A DNA stretch of 64,000 bases, taken from positions 82,646,001 to 82,710,000 of the forward strand of contig CM060731.1 in the NCBI GenBank assembly GCA_030704615.1. The letters run 5' to 3'. Below the pieces are notes generated by a model. It was not told where the DNA came from. It did not search any database and saw only the letters and a program-made list of their open reading frames with translations. This stretch comes from Takakia lepidozioides (taxonomy: Eukaryota; Plantae; Bryophyta). Shown in pieces: positions 24,094 to 38,000 of this stretch (position 1 is the first letter of the stretch; every line of letters begins with the position of its first letter). A program made the translations under genes and the position numbers.

Positions 24094-24370
24094 GAGTGGG
24101 AGTGTAGAATCATTAGTTTAGGTCGGTCACTGAACACAGCTGTAGTCTGATTCACGTGAATTACATTAGCTGATGATTATCATACTGACACATGTCACAC
24201 TAGTGTGTGAATGTGGTTCCGCCTAGTTGCTACTTATAGTTTGAACTGGGCAAGTATTTGGTCGTTTTTCTGGCTCGTAATCTTTCTGTTCTTGGACCTT
24301 TGTAGTCTGTGCGTAGTTTCTTGATTTACTGAAGCAGTCGCATGTCAGTGTGTAATTCATTTGCAGAACA
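24094..24370 (+). mobile_element. Copia PPT and probable 3' LTR
   Basis: PPT GAGTGGGAG (24094-24102) is followed directly by TGTAG. A candidate end ...GAACA lies at 24370. No second copy is present to confirm it. Confidence 0.5.
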
Positions 24371-26262
24371 TTGCTACCTTCTATTTAGGTGTATCAACAG
24401 AGTTGTCTTCTGTGTGGGTATTTACTATTTACATGGAGTTGTTCGGAAGCTTCAACTGGCGGAGGTTTGTGTCTACCAACGCCTCAGAAAAGGAGTACAA
24501 CTTGTTCACCAGATGTATTTGAGAGAGGTATGCAAAGATGGAGCCTTTTCAGTGTGCATCTTCAGTTTCAGTGATGATCTGCAAATGAAGGCTGCAATGC
24601 ATACAAATCCAATACCTAGCTTTCATGGCAAACTTACAACGGTATACCCTTTAGGGACCATGGGGTGGCTGGAAAATGGCCTCTCAAACGTCTGCACTAG
24701 GGTAATGGACCCTATTGTCGCACATTGAAGAACTCGTTTGGAAATATTGTCCTTGTTCAGAAGCTGGTCACAATATCCAATTTTTAACCAAGGGCCATAA
24801 GCTCACTTGTTATGTATCTAGAGCACTGAAGTTGTTATAACTTATAACCCACTAAACATCAAACAAACTGTACACATTGTACTTGATTCTTCAAAGCTCA
24901 TGCAACGCAAGCGAGAAACAACGGTATTGTTGGTATTATGGTTGGTATCATCATCTAGAATTTGTTTTCTATTTTAAAATAAAAATTAAGTTATTTTATA
25001 AAATAATATTTTGGCAATATATTTTTATCTGGCATCCATCTACGGTATCTTTCTAATTCAACAAAACACTGTTTCGAGTGATAAAAATTACTCTAAGGTT
25101 TGAACGGTTCAAGACATTATTTTGATAAAAATGGCATTTGTTCTTTTCTTTAATGTAAATGATCTAAAATAATATTTCTTTATTTCTCTCTTTTAGAAGA
25201 CAAGTTTAATATGGATTGGTGGCTAGTGTAACCAGGTCCATGTAACTTTTGCTATTGTAACCCCACATAGTGTCACCTTGTGTGTCCTCTGTAACTCCTC
25301 TTCGTACATTTTAAACTTGGCCAGATTTGACCTTAATCAAATTTGGAGACCAAGTGCGAGTTACACTCCCCTTGGTATAATCCCGAGTGAAGTTACACTC
25401 CCTTCCGTCTAACCTCCAGTAGAGTTACACTCCCATCCATGTAACCCACTGTCACTCTGACTGGAGTTACACTCCCTTCGGTTCCATGTCACTCTGGAGA
25501 GGGGTGAGGAAGATTTGACATACCAAAAACCAACGGTCCTGTCAGAGATTACACCTGTGCATTAAGTTCTTACATTATTCCTAGTTTTCTCCAGTTAATA
25601 TCTGCTTTATGGCAAAACCCTTTCCTAAGTTTAGTTCAATCTTTGCGGGCTTTTCTGCAGGCTGAGAACTGAAATTTTGGGTCTAAAAAGAGGCCTGTTT
25701 TTTCATTGAAAACTATTGAGGGGAAAAATATGGATAAGCCAGCAAGCGGTCAATCGAGTAACACCAACGACCTGCAAAAGTAATAATACTTAAGGACCCA
25801 AGAATCCAATGCCAAAGTCTAGACTGACCTGATGACAGTGATAGCCGGTCACAGTGGGGAAGATTTGACATGCCTCCATTTGACTAATCTGAAGATAGGT
25901 AAAACTTACCTTGGACATCGCAGCTTCAGGGTAAGAATTTGACCTCTAGTGAGGAGGGTGTCGGCGGAGTTGGATGAATACCTATTCATCGATCCACTAC
26001 GGAGCTTATAGGGACATGAACCTGGACGGATTGTTGTCTGCATACATAGCGGATGGATGTTACAGAAGGGCCGAGAGGGTATAGCCAAGGGGCAAGAGCA
26101 GGTTTAGCCACAATATAGTGTGAAGATGATGGCAAGGTAGCCTAGTGTAGGGCGTATTCTCGTAATTACTGACCAAGGGCGAATGCGGGTGGCGAAACAG
26201 TTTGTGTGGGTTGGTTCTTGTGTGTTGGTGTGAGGCTGGAGTGAGGGGCAGAGTGTGGAGCG

Positions 26263-29200
26263 ATGGCGGGTGCAGAGGGCAGCGATGGGGGCTCGCTGCA
26301 GTCTATCCGATACGCGCGGGGTCACCTGGAGCTTCTGGACCAGGTGTGGAGTGTATCCACCACAATTTTCCACATTGTCTTTCTCCTAGCTTTGTTGGGT
26401 TCTGGATCAAATCTTGTAACAGAGGGGGGCTGCCTGGTTTGTAGTACACGAGGTGTCGGTTTTGGTCGTCACCCTTGCGAAGCTAATCCTGGAAAGAAGA
26501 ATTGTGCGTTTCCGGTTGCAGAGGATTTTAGGCTCCCGCCTCGGGCTGGAGCTGGTTCCTCGCTGAGAATGAATGATGATAGTGGTCGCTTCAGCTTGAT
26601 CAAGAGCCCGGGAGATATGGAAAACGATAGTTGAGCTAAATTCCAATGTTTTCGAGTGGCTTCCGTGTAGCTAGGATCATTTTCCTCTGGGAGTCCATTA
26701 TGTGCAGAAATGGTACTTCCTGTGTTCCACAATTGTATCAAACAAGTTTAGAGTCTATTCGAGATTACGCAGGTGGTTCAGGAAGAGAAATTTCAAGAAA
26801 TTCAGAAAGTCCTCAGACGCAGCACCCCTGTGAAGAGCTGAAAAATACTCAACTTTTCCCGCAGAATATGTAGATGGGCGAACCTGTTTTCAATGAGAGG
26901 CAAGGGGCCCACCGAGTATGTCAGTCTGTAGTGTGAAAATCGTTGCCTCGGCGGGGGAATGGGCTGCCAAACTTACTCATTTGTCAATTAGCGGGTGACT
27001 CTCTTGTTCACATGTGGGTGAATTGTATGCAGTTCTGCATTACTGGTTGTGTGCACTGGTTCTTAACAATAGAAGTATCGTGCATTGCAAGATTGAAGCT
27101 TCAAAGTAATGATTTTCTGTTGTCACGGTCGAGTTACTGAGAGAGGTCTGTTTTCACTGCCCTCTGGTGAAAGCATTACTTAAGGGGCCAACTGGCGGTA
27201 CGATTCGCACACTAAATGAAAATGGTATAATGTTAGAATTTCAAGAAAGCACATTTGCTGGTTAGCATTGCAATGGAAGGATGCAGACAGAGATCGCCTT
27301 AGGAAGGAGTTCCGCGTTTCAAGACCTGGATCTATCATTCAAATCAAAGTTTAATATCAACATCCCAGAGATTTTCGACTATGACCTTTTGCTGACTTCT
27401 TGGTTGCTGTTTTCTTCCAGCGGAAATTGCCCTTGGAAGTACTTTATGTTGATATCAAGGACTCTACCGCAGGCTGGTAATGCAAAACCAATAGCCCTTC
27501 TCTGTCACCTTTATTTGTGCATGCCAACTGCAATCTAGTCTATTTGATTTTGGCAACTCTCAGTAGGGTGATGAAGGCTCATTGGGATCAGCAGATGGAA
27601 GTTGGTTTGAAGTGCTTCAAGTTCATTGCTAGGTGAATTGCCTTTGCAGGCATGCAATCAAAGACATGGTTGTACGTGGAGCACCTGCCATAGCCATTGC
27701 TGCAGCTCTCTCTCTTGCTGTGGAGGTTGAAAATTTGCCGCCTACTTCAAGAAATGCGGAAGAGGCTCTTTCTTTCTTACAAAAACGCCTGGATTATCTT
27801 GTTTCCAGGTATTTTTGGCTTGCCTCACATAACTGGAGCATTTCTAGTGTCACACCAGTAAGGATCAGACTTTTGTTGAGCATGTCACACTTGGATGGAG
27901 TACCTTGTGAGGATTTTCTGTATATTCGGAAATTCTCTAATATGATTGGCTGGAAGGTTTTGGAATGAGTCTAAAGTGTTATCCTCTGGAAAATGAGGTC
28001 TACTAAGGCATGAAACTGTTCAAACTTTACTGACCCTGATGATGTACAAAGGTTACTGATGCAAAAAAAATATGATAATGAGATGCTTTAGAGCTATTGC
28101 AGTACGTGAGGACGTTTTGCATTGTTACATTTACTGGAAGTTGGTTATTGACGGTCATTATCTGCGCACCAATTTGGTGATTTTTGGCAGAGTAGGTGAC
28201 ATAACATCCCTTCAATCCGTACACTATTCAATTCTCACCTCTATATTCTTCCTTTTCTGTTGGTCGCAGCCGTCCAACTGCAGTGAATCTTGCAGATGCT
28301 GCTAATACGTTACTGGAAGTGGCCTGTAAGGCAACAGGCAGTGGCGCCCATGGAGAGGCAGTCTATCAGGCGAGTCGTGAGATTTTGAGCATCATTACTG
28401 TATATCTGTTTGGAATTAGAGGCTGTTGCACTTCAAAAGTTTCATGGGTATTCGGTGATTGATAAATTTAACTGTAACTGTGATTCCATTGTAGCCTTGA
28501 ATACCCAAAAACCCCTTTGCCCATTTGTACTGGTCTAAGTAAGAAAAACTAGAAACGTCCAGAATAGATTAAAGTTGGAAAGGGATCAAGGTAATCATCC
28601 TGTTGAGCATTTTGTGTTGGGATGCACTTTTGGTTTGGTAGCAAGTTATTGCTGGTTCAATAAACCGTTGACATTGTCTATGCCAGGCTTATGTTGAGGC
28701 TGCAGAAAGAATGCTTGCTTCTGATGTGGCTGCCAACAAGGCGATTGGAGCCTATGGTGCGAAGGCTTTACTTGATCGAATCACGTCACCACTGTCGGGC
28801 AAGGGTCTGCGTGTTCTCACCCATTGCAATACAGGCAGGTAAGCAAGTTTGTTCAGTGAGCTTCGTATTACATGTCTCATACAGGCTCTCTAAGATACTG
28901 CCATTTCTACCTCAAACTGGCACCCATCTAATTATCGTGGTTATCATGACATTTCAATCTGGGTGTTATAGTGTGTCGGGTTGAACTTCTTAACTGGCTC
29001 TGGAGGGCTAGTATCTTTGGGGAACTTGCTGTCAAAGTTGGGGGCAACAATGGCTCGCAAGGAAAAGTCATTTGAGTACACTTCCATCTTTCTTTGCCTC
29101 CCAACCTGTGGGTGTCTGGTCACGAAGGCTACTGCAGGAGAAGTGTAATAACTACATCCTCTAAACTGGATCCTAGAAGGGCTGTACCTCTGTGTGTGCC

Positions 29201-32200
29201 TGCATTGCAGGAATTGCCTTGGGCTTACAGGTACTGTTGGCCTCTTAATGTTCCTGCATGCACAGGTGGATAGTGCCCATGAATACCTTGCTGACCTGGG
29301 TGGATCAAGTCCCAATATTGCAAAGCTTTTCAGCACAACAACTGGTTTTTAGCAAAGCCACACACTGGGTTGGTTGCATGCAGGGCATTCGTGTGATGAA
29401 TAAATTCCAGTTTCTTGCCGCAATAGCTCGGGTCTGGTAACCTGGTCTTCATTTGGTTTTATTGTTGCTCTTTGTGTAGTTTGGCAACATCAGCATATGG
29501 AACGGCACTTGGGGTTATCCGTGCTCTACATTCACAAGGGAAGCTTGATACTGCCTATTTTACTGAAACTCGTCCCTACAACCAGGTGCTCTCCTTCCCC
29601 CTCTCTCATCTCTCTCTCTTTATTTTGGGCTGCTTGCAGAGGGCCACTCTCTCTTTCTTTGTTTCATGCTTTCTCTTGTCCCATAAGCTCTTTGAGGTTT
29701 TTGTGGACATTATAAAGTATCATTTGATTTGATTTGATTTGATTTCTCTTTGTCTTCCTCAGAAATGCTTAGCAGCATATCTGCATTATGTGTTGACACT
29801 CAGAGAATCCCTTGAACAATAGTTGTTTTTGGGCTGTTTGTGGCCCCACTCTCTTTCTTCTTTCATGCTCCCATAAGCTCTTTGAGCTTTCTGCGGAGGT
29901 TATAAGTATCATTTCATTTCATTTTATTTCTCTTGGAAGGAATTATTTACCGTTAGTCCCACTACTGGAGTGAGCCCGTCTACAAAGGTAGTGTCTGTTC
30001 CCTGCCCAAACTGGGTTCAGGGTCTATGGCAAGAAGACGGCAAACATTTTCTTTATGATTACATTCTCTCTGTGTGTTTCTGCACTTTTTGAAACCAGGC
30101 CCATGTACCTTACTCCAGAGGTTCACATCGTACTAGCTTTTAACAAAGGCTGTTAAATGTCCATCTGGTGGCATTTTCATGTTTAAACAGCTTCACACAA
30201 CAGTCAATAGATGTATTTTTGTAGTAAGGATGGGCTGTCTGTACATAGGTTTTAAGATTTACTAATTCTTCTGTGATAGCTAACCTGCCGGTCTACAACA
30301 GTAGTCCTAGTTACTTAGTGGGGTGTCTCCACTTCTAACCACACTGTAATGTACACTGTTGGTTCTTGTGATTTTATTCCCCACTCTCTTTTGTGGGAAC
30401 AGTGAATGAATGTGGTGGGGCATGATTGCAGGGGTCAAGGCTGACAGCATTTGAACTGCTTCATGATAAAATACCATCTGTGCTAGTTGCTGATTCTGCA
30501 GCTGCTGCTTTGAAGGCCTCAGGTCAGGTGGATGCAGTCGTGGTTGGAGCAGACCGTATTGCATCCAATGGTGCGTATCAGTGTCAAAACTGCCCTGCCA
30601 ATTTAGTTATGTATTGTTTATTGAAAACTGGCGCAATTTGTGACATAATCTTTCTCAGTCACAGCTGCAGCTCTTTATATTGCATCAGATGTGACTGAAC
30701 AACTGTGACTAGGTTGCCTGGAAGCCAGTGATTGGTGTCTAGCCAACGAAAGAGGAATGATCTCTGTTTTACTTGTCTGTAGGTACCTGTAGTCACAGTG
30801 GAATTTTACTGGCCTGCAGGAGACACTGCAAACAAGATTGGCACCTACAGTCTAGCTCTATCAGCATTGCACCATGGTATACCCTTCTATGTGGCCGCGC
30901 CATTGACTTCAATTGATGCTGCGATAAACTCTGGTAGAGAGATTAAAATTGAGGAACGGTCAGCGCGAGAGCTCACACATTCCCATGGTGGCCACGGCAC
31001 ACAGATTGCTGCAACTGGTGTGGACGTTTGGAATCCAGCATTTGATGTCACTCCAGCGGAGCTCATCACTGCTATTATCACAGATCAGGTACTGTACAAG
31101 GATCATGACCAGTTTAGAGGTATGCAAGGTTTGTGGCAGGTTTAATCTTTGAAAATCTGGGATTCTTGGAGGAGCTCATGTCTGCAGGGTGGGATTATGG
31201 CCTCATTTGAGTGTTTTTATGGCAGGGTGTCATCACGAGAGATGAAAAATCTGACATCTTCAACGTGCATTTGTTTATTAAAAATGCCCTCAATTCATGC
31301 CCTCCTGGCATCAACCTTTCCGACGGGGATGCTGTAGAATGCAAAGGTCCAAAAGTAGCTGATGTGAAGGGATTTGCAAAAGGGGTGAAGGCGTTGCACG
31401 TTCCTTTTTATCCACTGGAAGAGACGTCGGTGTCGAACTATGTGAGCAGTATCCCTGAATTGGCACAGAGGCTGGGGGGCAATAGCACGGAATGGACCAT
31501 CAAGGAAGTGGGAGATGGAAATCTGAACTTTGTGTACATTATTGTTGGTCCGAAGGGGTCATTTGTATTGAAGCAGGTAGAGGATTATCACGACCTGTCC
31601 TTTTGCTACGTTTTTCTGTGTACAGCATTTCCTACCCACTTCTTGGTTAACCAGTTTCTAAAATTCCTTCTGCGCTTTTGATTGGCTCATATGAATCTGC
31701 TTGGTGGATGATACCCATCTTCTTTGAAGTTTGATCCCTTTGTTTCTTCTGCCTACCTAAGGACGATGTGGATTGTGGACTGCAACTGTAGGCCCTCCCA
31801 TATGTTCGCTGCATAGGTGAGTCCTGGCCAATGACAATAGAGCGTGCCTACTTCGAAACCACAGCTTTGAGGGAGTTTGGGCGTTTGGCGCCTACTCATG
31901 TGCCAGAAGTCTACCATTTCGACCATTCAATGGCACTGACAGTTATGCGATACGTGGAGCCACCCCACATTATTTTGAGGAAAGGATTGGTGGCAGGCAC
32001 TGTGTACCCCCATCTTGCTCAGCACATGTCTGACTATATGGCCACCACTCTCTTCCATACTTCATTGCTTTCGTGCTCCACATTGAAGCACCGTGAAGCA
32101 GGTTTGGCTAACGAATCCCCTCATGAGCTCTACTATCTAACAGTTGGGAATGTGCATTTGCATGCTGCAAAACTATACGCCAAGAATTAGCTCAAGCCAT

Positions 32201-33956
32201 CTTCCATTCGCCTATCTTACTGGCTCGAGTTTCTGCCTACTGGTCGATTTATTCTGCCGCTTCACTCTTGTGTATCCATCTTTCCCTCTACCGTTCTGCT
32301 GTCCCTCTCCTTTTCTTCTTTTGTGAGACACTAATGATGGTTGGCTGCATGCCTGTTGGGGTTGCCAGTGGCACAATTTTGTGGCAATGTGGAAATGTGT
32401 CGACTCACAGAGCAAGTCATATTCTCAGAGCCTTACATGGTGGCCTCCAACAATCGGTGGACTTCTCCACACCTGGATGCTGATGCCCAGGCCTTGCGTG
32501 AGGATCCCCTTTCAAAAATAGAGATTGCTGGTCTTAAGGCAAAGTATGCTGTAATTTCACTCCATGCTCTTGGTGAATGTTGATCTTCCTTTGCTGATCT
32601 TGTTAGTCACCTTTGGAATTATCAAATGCTTCAACAATGTCTACCCATCAGGCGCTTCTCAACTTCTTTCAACAATCTACCTACAAATCAGGTGGCTCTG
32701 GGCCTCTCTCTGAATACCTCTGCAATTTCTCCAGTTCTGATCACTGCACTAGTCAGATGGTGCAGTAATACCAATTGAGCCCCTCAGGTCTATCTTTGAA
32801 GTACAGAGCAACATCAGTGTTTGACTTTTGAAGGTCCACATGGACGTGATGTATTCCAGGAAGACCGCTGCTTTCTCATCCTCCTTCAGTATCAATTTTT
32901 TTTGAAGCTTGGCATGACTTAAGGGGGTATGAACTTGTGGTCACAGATTCTGTGAGAGAGCACAGGCACTGCTGCATGGAGATCTGCACACAGGCTCCGT
33001 AATGGTCACCCAGACATCTACACAAGTCATTGACCCTGAGTTTGCTTTTTATGGACCAATGGGCTTTGATGTGGGCGCATTCCTTGGCAACTTGTTACTG
33101 GCATTCTATGCTCAAGATGGCCACGCTACCACTGAAGACAACCGAGAGGTAGTTCTCCTTTGAGTTCAGGGAAAACTATCACATTGTTAGACTGCAAGTT
33201 TCTCAATACAGTGATTAGACTACTCGTTTTTTCATTTGAAGAATCTGCTTTTTCTGACATCAGGCCTTAATAAATTCCAAGGGGAGGGGAATATGACAGA
33301 ATGTTTTTGCCTCGGATGCAAAATGGTCTCATAGGATGAGTTCCCTGACTTACTAGTCTTTCCCATGGGCCAGTCAGAGAGCAAGATTTGTTTTCCAAAC
33401 AATGTATGACACAAGGGTAGTTGATTAGATGGAACTGGGGGAGGTGAATTGTGGCAGTCAAAGCTACGTTTTGATCATATTGAGTATATTCAGGGCTACA
33501 AGCGATGGATCTTGAGGACAATTGTCAACACTTGGAGGCTATTTGAGGAGAAATTTTTGGCTCTTTGGACCCAAAACTGGGGCAGTTCTGGGGATGCATA
33601 TGTGGCTGAAGTGTACAACTCCCCTGAAGTTCGAGCACTTGCACAGACAACGTACATGAGTGAGCTTTTCCAGGATACTCTTGGCTTTGCTGCTGCAAAA
33701 ATGATTAGGTGAGTACAAATGACCTGATTCCCATTTTAAACTTCTGTATGCCACACAACTAGGGATATCAAACTGATGAACGTGTACATTGTTGTACAGG
33801 AGGATAGTGGGAATTTCCCATGTGCTGGATCTTGATTCAATACTGGATGTGGAGAACCGAGCTGTGTGTGAGCGGCGGGCTCTCAATTTTGCCAACTTTT
33901 TGTTGAAAGGGAGGTCCAAGTTTTCAGATATCGAGCAAGTGGTTAGTGCTGTGTGA
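26263..33956 (+). CDS. MTI1-MTK1: Fused methylthioribose-1-phosphate isomerase (MTI1/MtnA) - methylthioribose kinase (MTK1/MtnK), 14 exons
   Basis: Phase-compatible exons 26263-26343, 27421-27476, 27650-27808, 28270-28369, 28687-28838, 29480-29585, 30432-30570, 30820-31088, 31226-31576, 31792-32101, 32369-32543, 32947-33148, 33494-33708, 33800-33956. MTI motifs: [58 protein letters not shown] motifs: [41 protein letters not shown]. Confidence 0.9.
29625..29932 (+). mobile_element. Two tandem 3'-tail fragments of the LINE at 47.6-49.4 kb, inside intron 6
   Basis: CCCATAAGCTCT.TGAG...GGA..TTATAA.GTATC followed by (ATTTG/ATTTC)n matches 49319-49382. Confidence 0.75.
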
Positions 33957-35050
33957 CTGTAGCTTACCTTGAACACATTTTCCAGGTTTTCTCCTGACTT
34001 CCTGTGTATTCCATGGTTCTTGAGATTTTCAAGGGTTGCAAGCACACTCACAAGAGGGATTCCACAGATTTGTATTAAGTGGGGGTGCTAGTTTGGACAC
34101 GGTGCACAGTTTTTAAAGCTTTGGGCTATAGCGACACCTTCTACCCCACCAATCGCTACAACACTAGGCCCCCATCCAATCCTGGATTTGGGGCTGGGAT
34201 TTGTCTGGAATCTGAAATTCAGAAAGACATGGAAAGAATTAACCCATGAACCATTTGTGATGATCAATGCAAGAGTCACTCATTCTTACTTCATCCAATT
34301 TGGAGCTTGCTTGACAACTCTCTTTAATTTATTCTTCACTAGTTGGGTTTAGTACATTGCCATTGCATAGGCACAAACATATCCACACAACTGATCACAT
34401 TGCACTCATAGTTGAACCATAAACACATTATTTCCAACTAATTATGAACACAAGCCACCATTGGCCTAGCACCCTATCCTTTGACTTTCGATTTGGAATG
34501 TCATCTGCAAAATTGCTGATACAAGAGATGTACTCCCAACAGTTGAGGGACCTAAATTTCTTGAAGTTTAGAACTCTCATTTGCAGGATTAAAACTTATT
34601 TTGCAACAAATTGATGTGAATTAGAGCTAATGGAGAATCAAAACTGATTTCAAGCAATGACACCATGCCGCATGGACCAATCAGGCATCTCAAATCAAAC
34701 AATGTTACTGCAGAGCTTACAAAAGAGTTTAATGTCCACTGACTTGACAGTTACTGAGGCATACAACTCTGAGAGAGGTGGTCCAATGTGGAGCAGACAT
34801 CACCTCTCAACTGTAGTCTTAACCATAGAATATATGCTACTCACATCCACCCACACGGTGCCAGACTGGCCTTGTGATTTCCGGCTGATCCTTGCCCCAT
34901 CTTCCGGAGCTTCTAGATTCTGCCTCACCAGCGGTCTGTCCACGGCTCCCCAGGAACATCTTTGCCTACAAAATTCGAGGTGGCCTCAGAGAAAGAAAAC
35001 ATAACATGGCAGACTCCCCGGATTGAGAAGTCTTTGATACTTCGACTGAA

Positions 35051-35052
<2 letters not shown>

Positions 35053-35093
<41 letters not shown>
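35053..35093 (+). repeat. (CT)20 microsatellite
   Basis: Read directly. Confidence 0.95.
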
Positions 35094-35098
<5 letters not shown>

Positions 35099-38000
35099 AG
35101 GGTCAATGGCCACAAGGCTACAGCAGACGTCTTATGAGTACATTCTATCTTATTACATAAAAGGCTATGGCTAACACAGTCTCGCGAGTACGTTCTCTTG
35201 TTACATCGGTGGCGAGCCCAGTGCCTCTTTAGATGAGAACAAATGTACCATACTTCAAGACAAATTATCGTGTTCACAACAATGTGTCAAATGCTCTAGG
35301 GCTGTCACATGCTTCTTGGAGCCACAGAGCAAGCACCCACAAATGAGTTAGAAAACAAGTGACATGGACTTATGAAACCCACCTAGAGCACAAGTATTCC
35401 GGAGGTAAGGATTTGATTTGCTTTTGCAGCAAGTATTAAAGACTAGCCAGAGGTTGACACAAACAAGTCTGTCAACATGTAGTGCAACAAGAAATTGGGT
35501 TATACAGACAATCATGAGATCTGTGTCCTGTGGATCTGGAGATCAGTTGAAGTCACATGATTTATCCTCCCTCCAAGTGCAAGGTCAAATCTGGGGAAGC
35601 CTTCCATCTCAAGGGAACCAGACTGTAGCAACTAATGTGCAATTCCAACATTACACATCCGCTATCATCCAAGATCGCACAAAAAGTAATGTGAATGATG
35701 AGAGGATGAAAAACTCCAAGTTCGCAATCCTCCAATTTTCAATGAGCACTTTAGTTCTAGTACCATGCATCTCTTTACTCGAATTCAATCTAGGTATCAT
35801 CTTTAGGCAAGCTCCTTGCTGGGGCATCCTCTCAAATGAGATGGGTGCAGAAGGAAGAGAGGATGTTGTAATCACTTCATTACCCACAACAACAAACATA
35901 TCATCAGGAGCCAAAACAATGCAGGTTTTATGAGATGACTGCATACATATGATGTACTAGCTGCCAAAACCATAAACCAGGACAGGGCAGACAGATCTCC
36001 CCACCAAAAACAAACAGGAAGCCACTACTGGTGCATGCCAAAGTCAGGCCCAAGAGAGTGGGCATTCATGTATCCACTATAGACTCTCGAGAATGCACTT
36101 TTAGAGCCAGCTTGGAGTAATGAATTCATTTTCCAGCAACCATGCTCATGGGAGTCAGTGACTGTCTTGTGTTAACCTCTATGGCAGAATCAGAGAATGT
36201 ACTCATAAGATGTTTGCCGTAGCCTTGTGGCCATACGCCCTGCGCCAAGTTTGGAGGGAACAGACTCTACCTTCGTGAGGGGCTCATTCCAGTAGTGAAT
36301 GCTATAAACGATTAGTTCGGGATTTCCAAATTCCCTCTACAAAGCCCTTCACACAAGCATCAATCTGCTGTGCATGAGCTGGCCAGCAAATAGATCCCAA
36401 CAGGGCCAAGGCTTTAGGCGGAATAAAAGAGAAGACAAAGATAGAATACGTAGTCACTAAACCATACTGGCACATCCATATAGCCACATACCCTGCGCCC
36501 AGACTGGACGAAGTAGAAGACAAGTAATAGAAGACAACACGAAGTACCTGAATTCCTTTATGCACTAGCTTGGCGTGTAGGTTACATTTATTCCCGATCT
36601 CCTCCTTCAATCTGCAGGTGTCCCATCCACCATAAGCCTGCACTAGCTCTGCCAGCTTCATAAGACGCAACGGACCCCCTGCGATCCTCCAATGCGACGA
36701 GTATGGAGAGTTCCCTAATCTTTTCAACCCAGTTTGGTTTTGGTACTCTCATTGGACTTACATATAGTCATTACTGACGAGGAAGATCTACCAAGTTCGG
36801 ATGCAGTAATCAAAATCAATGTCGAGTGCCCAACAGAAGCAAGCGAAGCATCACTTGCACAAATCTAGTGACCGCCACATATACTATGGCATACCGGCGC
36901 TCCTGAAGTGCCCACAAATTGGAAATGCTCGCAGAGACGCCCTGCAGGCATCTCTCACACGCCCTCATCTACTGCTTCGATTACATCGCCTCGCATATGA
37001 TTTCCCCCAGACTCATCGCCGAAGGTAGTCTGCAGGAATCCATCACCTCGCCCACTATGCGTTCTGCAGGATTACATAGCCTCGCTCACAATGCGTCTGC
37101 TACCCTACCCAACTAGCTCTCCCACCGACGCAACCTTCCCTCCCCTTCTCCGAGCAGCCCGTTTATCGGCACCAAGTCTGCTCCTCTGATTCCTCAACTG
37201 CCGTCTTATTACTAAAAATGCTCCTGAACACGACATGCAAACAGCCAGTTATGCCTTATAAACGGCCCAACACTACCTTGGTTTTTTAGTGTGTTCTTGT
37301 CTCTGAATACAGTGATTAAACCCTAATCACAGTACCAAGACATTCATGACATGTATGTACGCATCGATTGTACCAAATTCGATTGTAGGGTCCAGCCTCC
37401 CGGTCAAGATTCGGGCTAACTTAACTTAAGTTAGTAGAGCGTTCCAAGGAATTCGGTTTGTGAGAGAGAGTGTGGGAGAGAGGACAGTGTGGCTTGCAAG
37501 ACTTGTGTGCCTCTACTCGCAAGTGCAACTTCACCCGGAGTCCAGCCTGCTTCACTCCTTCGCAGCCTTTTGATGGCGTGTTGCTGGTCTTATGGATTGC
37601 CTTGTAGTTGTAATGTATGCTTGTTGAGGGCAGCTGAGGCCCTAGAATGCACTCACTTCATGAACGCTGAAGCGCAAAGACATCGGTGCACGCTGTTAAA
37701 CTGAAGCTTGGGATGCACTTTTTAAGGCTGTTGGTTTGGAATGGTGAAGCCAACTTGGAGCTGCGGGGTGCAGAGGCCACGGAAATTGCTGGCATGAGGA
37801 AGAAGCCAATTATGATATGGCTTCACAGAACTTGGAGGAGGTGCAAATCAAGCCACTTTGCACAATTGCTAGTGCCATAGCCAAGGCTTCACAGGTCACA
37901 GTAGTCATCTCTGGGCATTGATTCACTGAAGGAAGCAGCAAACAAAGCTTAAAGGCAAGTCAAGCAGGAAAGAATAAAGGACAAGGGTACAGCTCCCCAC

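Noticed and set aside
31226-33956. MTK1 as a separate gene
   Set aside because: There is no stop after the MTI domain and no in-frame ATG before the kinase domain within exon 9.
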